Shown piece after piece: positions 10,379-20,889 of a DNA stretch of 34,914 nt; the stretch's first letter is position 1, and every line of letters starts with the position of its first letter. Both the position numbers and the translations under genes were made by a program. The notes under the pieces are model-generated. The model made no database searches. It was not told the DNA's origin and saw only the letters and a list, made by a program, of their open reading frames with translations. The stretch comes from Phoronis australis (lineage: Eukaryota > Animalia > Phoronida): NCBI GenBank assembly GCA_002633005.1, contig NMRA01000806.1:39467-74380 (forward strand), read 5' to 3'.

Positions 10379-11088
10379 TTTTTGCCTTATGCAACATGGC
10401 ATTTAGCTGAGCGTTGAACGCTGGCATGTTAAGAAGAGTGCTTCTATCACTGGTGTTGTGCTGCACATTCGTTACACTCTCTCTTTAAACGTATATTGAT
10501 GAAATGTGCCAGTTAAGCATGGAAACTCAGCTTGAGGCTCATAGCACAATGAACGATGTCCAAATTTGCTTATCTTCGGAGCATCATGTCTCAAAAATTC
10601 TTTTATGCATAATTGTTCCCAAATTCTGTGAGGAATTATTTCTATAATGTTCCATTTTTGTAAGAGTGCTTTCAGTAATAGAATTTTGATAAAAAACTCA
10701 AAAGTAGCACTAAATAAAAAAATAAAATGATTTTGAAAAATGATATTGTGCGACATTTTTACGATTTCCTCTTGAACTCTTGTATCATGATGTTATTGGT
10801 ATTTTCACGTCTAGAATAAGATTTCAATAACAATTATGTGCCAAAATTAGAATGATGATTCCTGCATGATAGCTGTACTCCAGAACATATTGTCGTCAAA
10901 GCACTTAGCCTTGATTGCTAGTAAAGTGATTGCACTTGAGCATGAACATGTGTGGATTACCAATCATTCCATTGATGCATTAGTCTCAGTTCCATTTACA
11001 CTAATTCTTAATGGCTTTTGGTTGCTTTTTCTTAAATTGGCTCCGCAGCGCTTAAATCTTTGATATCAAAGTCTGCCGTCTTCCTCAG

Positions 11089-11294
11089 GTATTATTCACT
11101 CTGACCTGAAGCCAGCTAACTTCATCTTGGTAGCAGGCAAGCTGAAACTAATCGATTTTGGCATTGCCAATGCCATTCAAGAGGATCACACTAGTGTCAT
11201 CCGTGACTCACAGGTGGGGACACTAAACTTCATGAGCCCTGAGTCCATTCTGGGCCAAAGCATGGGTGCTGGAATCCACCGACCTCAGTTCAAG
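11089..11294 (+). CDS. TTK: TTK/Mps1 catalytic loop and activation segment ([11 protein letters not shown]...[32 protein letters not shown])
   Basis: ttcctcag / AAG|gtgcgt. [14 protein letters not shown] and DSQVGT are diagnostic for Mps1. Confidence 0.98.
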
Positions 11295-12520
11295 GTGCGT
11301 GCATGTTGGTGTACATGTTAAGTTTGAATTAATGACAAGAAAACAACAAAACACACCACATATTCAGAAACTGTTTTCAGAAGAAAGTGTAGTACAGCAA
11401 AGTGTGAGACATCCCCTTTATAATAGTTTTTGTATAGCCTCTTGTCATGTCATCATTTCCATTTCTTTATTTTTGTACAGGGGACCTTATTATTTAGAAG
11501 TCAGAAACCTTCAGAATGCCTCCTAATTTGAATCACAATTATTCAATCAGTGCATTGTGTCTAAATGTAAATAAGTCTCCTTCCCCTCTCCCTCTCTCTC
11601 GGTGTCATGGAATTCGGCGATTGTGCATTGCCCCCCCCCCCACCCTCTTAAGCTGTATAAAAGTAAAATTCTATATAACTATAACTCTCATAGATCGTTC
11701 TTGTCATATACTTATCATTTTATGGTTTAATTTCTATTACCAAGAAATTTAAAGAAAGTGCGTAAGAGTTTATGGGGGTTTGCCAACCCTAGCGCATGTA
11801 CGTATAGCCTGTCACTTCTGTAGCCAGCTCATTTGGCAACAATTCAAGATCAGTTGAGCATAGTTGTGTTGTTGAACCTCACAATGCTTCTGAATCAGTT
11901 AAAAATTCAGCATTGACAGCTCAATGATGCGACTTTAAGTGTTATAATTGGGCAGATAATTGTCTTCTTTTTAGATAGGATGTCATGATATGCACCGTCC
12001 CTTATAAAATAATGCATATAATGTGTAAATACAGAATGTTAACAACAATTGTGTTGGGAAAATAATGTTCATTGAGCAGTGTTTAGGTCATGTGTGGGAC
12101 ATCCTGTTTCACTCAGTGGTGAGTGTCAAATGTTTTGATTTGATTTTGCTCTGATCACAAAAATGAATCAAGAAACAAGGCAAGTTAAAACTTCTTGTTT
12201 TCTATGATTATACTGCGATTGGAAACAAGCTCAAGGGTTTTGTTTTAAGGTTAATAAACCCAGTGTCCAAGACTGGAGTTTGGTCTATGGATATGGAGTA
12301 CTTTGGTGCGGATATTAAATTTGTACTGTGGGTTTGGTGTTTGCTGATCCGTGACTGGAGTTTAAGGGATTCTAACTGGAATTTAGAAGAGTGACCAATA
12401 CTGTTTCCACTTCCTGGAAGTCAAGTGTTACATTCTTATTTTATAAGCACCGACGTAATGATTATCTCAAACACTTTTACTATTCCCTCTCTGTATCCAT
12501 CCCAATTATTCTCTACTCAG

Positions 12521-12697
12521 ATTGGAGTGAAGAGTGATGTGTGGTCTCTGGGCTGTATCCTGTACAACATGGTCTATGGCAAGACACCATTCCAGCACAT
12601 TACCAATCAGATTGCCAAGCTTCAAGCCATCACCAGCAACCAGTGTCGTATTGACTTCCCACCCCTGGACAATGCAGAGCTTGTCAACATACTCAAG
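12521..12697 (+). CDS. TTK: TTK/Mps1 subdomains IX-X (KSDVWSLGCILYNMVYGKTPFQHITNQIAKLQAI...)
   Basis: ctactcag / AAG|gttaga. Near-identical to the Mps1 motif SDVWSLGCILYxMxYGKTPF. Confidence 0.97.
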
Positions 12698-12867
12698 GTT
12701 AGAGATCTATATAAACTGTTTTTTATCGCAAGAATTAATCACATTTTAGCTATAATTGTTATAATGATTGACGTCAGATGGAAATTCAGGATGTATGGGG
12801 CTTCTAACGCTGGCCTATTTTTCCAAATTCTCCAGCTTGTTTTCAAGTGAATCATATTTTGTTTCAG

Positions 12868-12933
12868 TCATGCCTGCAGAGGGATCCTAAACAAAGACCC
12901 AGTATCGACGATCTGCTACAAAAGCCATGGTAA
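12868..12933 (+). CDS. TTK: TTK/Mps1 final coding exon, subdomain XI (SCLQRDPKQRPSIDDLLQKPW*)
   Basis: ttttgtttcag acceptor. Matches [20 protein letters not shown]. TAA at 12931-12933. Confidence 0.92.
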   Translation, partial: SCLQRDPKQRPSIDDLLQKPW

Positions 12934-14526
12934 TGCCAACAGCACTCCCTAGGTGGCGTTTCTGACAGTTCCACATGTTTTACATGCAAGTCTGTTGAAT
13001 GTGCAGTACACGCCAAAAGCATTGAAACAAAATGACCTGGACTTTCCTATCATGACCATTGGAAGGAGGCGGAATTAGTTATCAGAGTAGTCTTTCCTCA
13101 TGACTGAGAATGAAAGGAGATCATCTGTAAAGTTTGTAAGGTAGCTAAGCCGTTCTGTAAATAGAATTTTGCCACAATAACAGTCATTTTGAGGCTAAAA
13201 GAATAAGCTGTCATGACGTCTTTTTCCAGAAGGGTCCACTGGTCATAGCTCATTTGTCAACCCTTGACCAGTGGTTCTCTGGCTCTTTCATTGAGGTTTG
13301 TTATAGGTTTGGTCAGAGATTTCTTGAGAATCATTACTTGATAGCCACGACACCTTTGCGTCCTGTTCTCATCTTAGACCTTGTTGTTGTTGGTTCAATA
13401 GGTTAAAAAATGCCTTCAGTTTGGGGACATTTTGCTTTAGAGGCTGCGAAGTATATGCTTCAAGAGATGCTAGAATTTGAATGAGTCGAAAGGCATAGAC
13501 ATGTGATGGAAATTTCTTTTTTTCTTAAAACCTGAATATTTTTTGTTATTATCAACTGATTTACCTTCAGTGAAAGTTCAAAAATTTTGGCGTGGCCATT
13601 ACATTGTGTTGCATGTAAAATAATGATGTACATGCACTTACCTGTACATTTAACAAAGAAAGAAACAGCATGCAGATTCGTCCCAAAGGTTTTGGTTGTT
13701 TGTTTGACAAGGAGATGCGTGTACATGTACATGTCGAGATTAGTGACTTTCTGGGGGAAGGCTGTAAGTTAATTATGTGAAAAGGAGAGATTTTCCAAGT
13801 TGGGTAAAGTCTGAAAATTTTAGTTATATGGAAAATGAATTGTAGATAGCCTTATCAGTCTTAGGCCTTTCAAATGCAAGGCTTGGGGATCTGAGTTACC
13901 CTACTATTTGTTTGGCCCTGGTTTACTAACTAAAGTTATGACGTACCTTATTCACAAAAAAATATCCAAAAGACCATGGGATTTAAGTGTTCAAGTGTCT
14001 GTGCTCTGGTGTAGACATTTTTGCAGTCTTTCATAGCCATGGGTTCCACATAACCATAAACCAATCTTCAACCTTTGAGTTAGGTTCTTAAAATTGTGTG
14101 TCGCAAGATGATGTTTTTAAACATGTGTTGGACACGAGGCTTTCAGTCCGACATTATTAATTTCCGCCTGCAGCTTATACATGTCATTTTCTGTTATTAA
14201 TCATGTTAATACATTGCCATTTTAGTTAATGAAATAATGAAATAGTAGACATAAGGTATTATATGTCAATAGCTTTGGTCCGAGTAAATATAGAGAAACT
14301 ATCAAAAGCACTTTATGTGTTTCATATGTAAATATGACATCTGATATCATGATTGTAGTAATAGACAATATCATAACTTCTGTTTGTTCTTTTAATTCAC
14401 AAAGTTTAAATCTTGAACTCGGTTAACACAAATAAGCATCCTCATTTGTTTTAAATTGGTGGTTGCGCTGATTCACGTTACGCACCAGCTAAACGTTTAG
14501 GTGAACCTGAAAGTAAACGTGAACTG

Positions 14527-14532
14527 AATAAA
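14527..14532 (+). terminator. Candidate TTK polyadenylation signal AATAAA
   Basis: First AATAAA I could find downstream of the TTK stop; it coincides with the CpG-content transition. Other hexamers lie near 14704 and 14841. Confidence 0.35.
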
Positions 14533-15826
14533 CTGAGCTCCGGTGTCCAGTTATTGTAGGCGTGGTACATGTCAGTTAGTTTACAAAAAAACTCAATAGT
14601 ACTCTGCCAATGCAACTTTGTGTACGAACGTAAAAAAGTCGTTTTTACGAGCTCCTGCGAGAAATTATCAAGTCTTGGAATGCGAAATTTATTTGCAATT
14701 TAAAATAAATAGATGCATGTAAATTAAGCAGGTAAAAAGTTTAACAGCACAAAATTATATCTGTTAAAAATCCATTCTAGTTCGATGATATCCAGCGAAC
14801 TACGGCAGAATTAGGATTTTGGAAAAGGTGCTTTCTTGCAAATAAATTAACATTTAAAGACGAAAGAATCGTGTTCATTTTACACTGAAGCAAAGAAGAA
14901 AGATCGAGAATCCTATCAAAATAAAAATCGTTTCGATGTCTTGTCAAATAATCATTACGGTAAAAGGGGGCCACAGGTCTCGCGTTTCAGTAAAGCGACG
15001 CGATCTCCCTGTATTCACGCTAGCGAGATTACGTCAGAGCCAACAATGGCATGTTTGACGAGGAATTATATACATGATAATTCACGTTCACGTCGCTATG
15101 CGAAACCTCTCTATTACCCGTGCAATTACGGGGGGGCTGCTTCAGTAGACGTGGGTGTTCTCAGGCCAAAGTACAACGTTGATATCGAAATAAGTAAAAG
15201 TAAATGAACATGTACAGTATAAGCCACTGGGGTCCGTTTTATCAAACCGTAGGCGTAGTCATACACTGTAGCTAAGGTTAGTTGAACATGACGCTGCGTT
15301 TGTATATAAGAGCCAAACGTTGCAACTGATAATGTCTCGTACTGTGGCGCAACGACCGCCACGTTAGGGAACTGTGTGCTGATTACAATGGAATTTACGA
15401 CTGCCTTACCGAAGACAACGTTCTACGTTCGATAAACCCTCTAGTTGTTTACAGATTTTAATCGACCAAGATGACTTTATTCGAATGTGCAAACGAAAAC
15501 ATCTACATGTACACGACATTTAATATACAACAGATTGGTTGGCTGAGTTATGCAGTCGACAAAATCAGGTCTTCTTTGGCTTTGACCACCAGTGTACCTC
15601 AGTTCTAAATCCCAGTTAGCATACAGTCTCGTAACGAAGGTTTGTCCAACTTTTTTCTTTGAACTTGTGACCACATGTTTTATTGCACCGGGTGTTTTTT
15701 CTAATAAATCCAAGCACTTACCAACTGATTGAAAGATACACACAATAGAGTTAGGCATTATGGTGGTGATTCCTTGAGTGCTACGTGTAATGAGGCTCTA
15801 AACGTCCAGAAATTAAAAAGACCGCA

Positions 15827-17328
15827 TTAAGTTGTGTCACCAAAATTTCCAAACTTCTTGTTGTTCAATGCCAAATTTAGCGCCTTCTTCGGTTTGTAGT
15901 GGCGTTCGTTTGGAGAAGCACTGCGGTGCCGCTTCTTCGGAACGTTTGGTGCGTCTAATATGAGACTTCGTCGAAGCGAGTACGCGTGATCCGTCTTGGG
16001 TATTGAAAGAAGCGCACGCTCTTTTGGGACTGCGCCGCTAGTCCTGATGTCGGCCACTGGACTGTGGTCCGACTCGTCCCTCACTGTTCTGCTGTTACAC
16101 TGAGCTGTTGGTGTATGATTATCATCTCTCGTGCCGCTTGTATGATCCACTTCAATGTCGTCATTAGTTGTGCTTGACTGGGCACTACAGGAAGATGTTT
16201 CACCTGAAATCGTGTGCTCCAGTGCTTTCTTCTTCATTTCTTCCCATTTAGACTTCTCCATTGGAAGAGGGATTGGAATGGGGACAGGAAAGGGGAGAAC
16301 GATGGGATACGGCACGAGACAAGTAGTGGGAGGGACGATGGGAGCAAAAGGGTGCGGGGGGAGAAGTGGCAAGGGTGGAAAGAGGAAGTGATGAGGGAGA
16401 GTGAACGGAGGTTGAAGCGAAGGAGTGACTGGGGTACGACGGAACATTGGAGTTGTTGAACCGCTGTTCGGTACACTGGGAGTTTTTGGTGGATCAAGAA
16501 ATAGTGGCGGGGTTTGGCCGACTGACGGTTCAGAGGATGGTGGGCATTTTTGCACAGGCGACTGTCGCACTGACGACGAAACGGAGGCGGCGGGTGAAAG
16601 GAGAGACGATTTGAAGCCACTGGTTTGCGGCAAATTGTGGGACTTCAATAGCGAACGGATACGACCAGGTTGTTTTTTCGTGCCCGACTTGTTTGTAGAC
16701 GGGGAGCTAACTGGTGTAACTCGCTTTGCTTTGGATTGGAGAATGTTGTCCCAGTTAACAATGGTCTCCTTACACGAATGTGGCGACACAGTGTGGTCAC
16801 CGTTCTCAACAACTTTTTGTCTGACGCATCCGATCTTTTGACGCGCATCTTGAGCAGCTGAATGTATGAGCCCGTTGGTGGATGTCTCTTTGTTCTTAGG
16901 CTTGGGTGTTTTCAAGTTCAGCGGTGTTTCTTGTTCTTCGTCTTTCATCCACAAGTCTGGAGTGATGAGAATTTGTTTAGATTTGCCAAGTCTTTTACCG
17001 TTGATCAAGTCATTTCTCAAAGATGAATGAATTGAACGTAAATGCTCCTGCGTTTCCCGGCAAAATATGTTCATTTTGTACTGGTTCAAACATTTATCGC
17101 TACAAAACTGGAGTTGATTTTCGCCATCTTGAAAATCAACGAAACTGATTGTGTATCTGACATGTCGGCACCAGTCGCAGACACGGTTTCGTTTGAAAGA
17201 CGCGCGACGACTTTGAGTGAAACATTGTTCGCTGCAGTAATGGCGTCGTCCACTAGGTGTTTCAAGGGTCAACATGCGCGAGCCTCGTTTTTGACACCAC
17301 GCGCACGCGTGAATGCCGTCTCCCGATT
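15827..17328 (-). CDS. SOBP: Sine oculis-binding protein homolog, last exon: two FCS-type zinc fingers, Pro-rich region, basic NLS-like tail
   Basis: Acceptor ttttcgttttag at 17329. Encodes CAWCQK...YCSEQCF..RRASFKRN, VCDWCRHVR...LQFCSDKCLNQYKMNIFCRETQ, ITPDLW, LVPYPIVLPFPVPIPIP and DHAYSLR, all matching SOBP family blocks. Contains ORF 15827..17275. Confidence 0.96.
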
Positions 17329-19008
17329 CTAAAACGAAAAAGAAAACATTTCATAAGATTTTACATGCCTGCGAGGATTTTAACGCAGCCGAGGGACTAT
17401 GGTCCCAACTCTAGGAACTTGAAGTTAAAATATCAGACAAGCTAAACGCTAATACGTCCATGGTATGCCGAGAGCAACCAACTGCATGCAGTTGTTAACG
17501 TTGCTTGTGCATAATGTGACATGGAAATGACCCCCGGCGTTTTGTAACTTTAACTTTAAAACGGTCTCTAGACTATTTTCACTTGTTACAATTAGTCATT
17601 TAAAAATGGATACGATGTTCGGATCTCGTTGGCCCTTTCATTTCACACCGGTTCAAATTGTGAATTTAACGAGTTGCTTGTAATTGATACTCAAGCGACA
17701 TAAAATCCGATTAATCCGGAGCTAAATTAAAACCAGTCTTTGTTAAAAAGACGTTCCTTCGGGATATTGTATCTAAGTCTCATTTCAAGAGGTCGGACGG
17801 ATGTTATTTAAATCTTGGAGTCGAATAACCTAGACGTGACTGCAAAACAGAAATTCGATAACCACACTAAAGTGTCAATCTCTGGGGATATTTGATATCG
17901 CGAGCAAACACGGCCACGATTTCCTAGCCGAGCGTGTTTTACTTTATATGAAACGTAACGCGGTAAACGAAACCTTTCTCCTAGCGTGTGTTTAAGATCA
18001 CATTACATATTGCGTTCGTGCTTGGAGCCTTCTGGGTGAGAATCGGATTCATACAGCGCTACTCGATTGCGGTATGGTGATTGTCCGAACAAGGCCCACT
18101 ATACGAATTGTACCGTGTTTACGTCGGCAACGAATTCGGTTTAGGTTACCAGAGTTCGATTTTTTGGCATTTTTGTGCCAGGCTCTTTAAGATCTTTAAG
18201 TTCAAATATGTATGCCTGCTGCCGTGATTTTTTATACCAGCAATTAAAGCAAACCGGCCTCGTGACGTGAACGCCATAGGTAAATCTTCTTGACCAACTC
18301 TCGTTGCCACAATTCATAGAATGTCAACGGTTGTAGGGATTATCGAACTGAACAGTGGCAGCAAATGTCAATCAAAACAAAGCTTTATGGAAACAGGGCA
18401 GAATTTATTTTACTACGTATTTCATATATACATTTTGGTCTCCCTTCCATGTCAATGTCACAAGCACATTTTCCGTTAACAGGCCACCTCTTTCCGACAG
18501 TATGCAAGTGGTTATGTTTGAAACACTAGAAAGGTAAAAGGTGTGTAATTTTACGAATATAGCCTACGTCCGGGGATTTTCTGTTGGAAATTCCCGGTCT
18601 GAACACTTAGACTTTTTTGCGACAAAACTGGACTCTATTCAGTGTCCAATTCTTAGATAGGATTTCTGAATTTGAAAAAAAAATTTACAAATCTTTCCTT
18701 AAGACTGAATTCGTTGAATTAAAATTTACACCGGGTTGTCTTTTTATACCGCTTAAGTTTTTTGTTGACAGACCGGGACAGGTTGGTTACGTGACCGAAC
18801 ACCATAGGTGCTGCTAAGGTTCTTTTTAACTTATCGACCCGCGTTAAACATTTCTGCCGGCACAAAACCACTCACTAAATTGTACATCAAAATAGCAAGA
18901 GTGATACGACCGGTTTCACGGATTGCCGGTCTTTTTGTTTCTGAAAGCTACATGTGTGAGGCTGACGTCTCAGCTTAAACTGAGGAATTATGTCGGTGAC
19001 AAACTTAC

Positions 19009-19071
19009 CCGTGAGTCTTTGAAGAACGTCCAGGTTTGACGGCGGCTCGTCCTGAGTGTTGACGCGTGAAT
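19009..19071 (-). CDS. SOBP: SOBP exon 3 (DSRVNTQDEPPSNLDVLQRLT), symmetric 63-nt exon
   Basis: ctttttag acceptor and canonical G|gtaagt donor on the - strand. Open, phase 1 to phase 1, compatible with both neighbours. No homology support. Confidence 0.72.
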
Positions 19072-19949
19072 CTAAAAAGTGAGCACAAGGTCATTTAGGG
19101 TTTGCTGTAGCTTATTCTTTGGTTGTAAAAGGACGGCACGTAAACTTTTGTTCAAATGATCTCATAGAAGTTGTAACACTGTCGACAGAAATATTAACTT
19201 GGTCGATGAAGATGTAAACTTCGTCGGTAGAAATAGTATTCTGAATGGACTGGCTGATTAACTCTCTCATGGAAAAAGTTTTGTGCTGACTTTTATAGTC
19301 AAATTTTAGTTGAACAAAAACAAATTGCATGTGGAATTGCCACTCCATGCTGTAAGGTACCACAGAGCGCTAATTAGGTCGAGCTGAAAACGCAAACCTT
19401 ACACCGGAATAAATTTAAGTTAGGTGCGGCGAGTCTTCCCATTGAAGCAATCGGTGAACTCCATTATGTCCATGTTGTTTTTCATATAATTAGGAACGTT
19501 TACTTGCTGTAAGAAAGAATCCAAACAAAAGGCCACAGGCCAAATCAAAACTTCGCAAAACCCACTGCGATTTCCATCCGACGGAGCCAAGTGGCTCCTT
19601 TTCTTGGTTTATATTCGAATTCAGAAGAAAATTGAAGTTAGTTTATACAGTACATGTATCCTAGGATTTGCATCTTAAACTTCGCTTGCATGAATGATGA
19701 CTTCCAGATGAAAACTAGCTGAGCGTTGTTGCTTATTAAAAATGAGGGAGGTCTGCAATTTGTTACCAGAAAGGACAAAAACGTGCCAGTTATGAGTTGA
19801 AGGGTACAAAGTAAAAAACAGTGATTTCATATTAATTTACTTACATTCCTCTAAACAAAAAGAAATGAACTACTCTAGCTAATGCGTTATGTATGGGAAC
19901 CTCTTAATCATCTTGTGGATAGGCTTGAAACGCCATCCTTTTACATTTT

Positions 19950-20889
19950 TGTCAAGGCCCTTTGAAGATGTAGTGGTCAACTTGACACTAGTGACCAAAT
20001 CTGTGTAATATCAGAAAGATCCTGCAAGGAGTTGCAGCTGCTGATGCAAAAAATAACATAACTGTCACTAGGGAGCGTCACAGTAGTCAGACACGTTCGA
20101 AAATTAGCGTCAGTGGCGGTCTTTACAGCAGCAACACGTTACATGGACCATAGGGGGCTGAGGGTTAGAGCGGTTGGTAGATAGAGAAGCTCGTAAATAA
20201 TGAAAATGACCACTATGTAGGTGGCGAAAAACACGTAGAACCCGTTTGAAAACGAGAATATGTTGCCATCTCCTTTAATGTAAACCTATTTTTCATGTAA
20301 ATCTGCCAAAGAAATCTGAAGATGGAGAGGAAGACATGAAGAAACTGAAAATGACAATAGGGGTACAGCGATGATGATCAAATCCGTGCGAAAGTCATCT
20401 ATATCAATTGTGATTCACTACAGGACAACACTTTCAAATTTCACAAAGATCTTGCTAAAGGTTAAGGAGATACAGCGGTGGACCCAAGAAAACGAAATTG
20501 TTAGTCATTATGTGGCGATACAGTAGTCGGGCTCGTGGGAAAATCAACGACAGATGTAATCATCTCAGCAGGAACAGATTTGCAAAAGACCAGTTTGGCG
20601 AACTGGAAAGGCGAACACCAATAACGGGACTCGAAAATAATAAAACTGGCTACAGAGATATGTGGCGCAAAATATGTCAAATACGTCGAAAATCAGAAGG
20701 CATGGTCGTATCTTTAAAAATATCTATTTACCAAAACTTAATAAAAGTCCATCGAGAAACAGAGGTAAATGTAAAATCTAAAATTACCACCAGATGGCGC
20801 AGCAGTAGTCTCAACTGAATAAGAACATCTCCACACGGATAGAGATGACGGCAACATGCAACCCCATATGTATATATGGGCGAATAAAA
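19950..20889 (-). mobile_element. HINE/DINE-1-like element, copy 2 (left boundary uncertain, possibly to about 19520)
   Basis: Reverse complement begins TTTTATTCGCCCATATATACATATGGGGTTGCATGTTGCCGTCATCTCT, closely matching 2373-2425. Also shares GCTGTATCTCCT and the CGCCA..TAGTGGTCATTTT units with copy 1. Confidence 0.65.

Noticed and set aside
11041-11088. Alternative acceptor ctccgcag at 11048 for the catalytic exon
   Set aside because: Would add 40 nt and shift the frame; 11088 restores the conserved GIIHSD junction.
16155-17445. Multiple overlapping ORFs (78-138 aa) within or antisense to SOBP exon 4
   Set aside because: Expected shadow ORFs of a GC-richer coding exon; no domain signatures.
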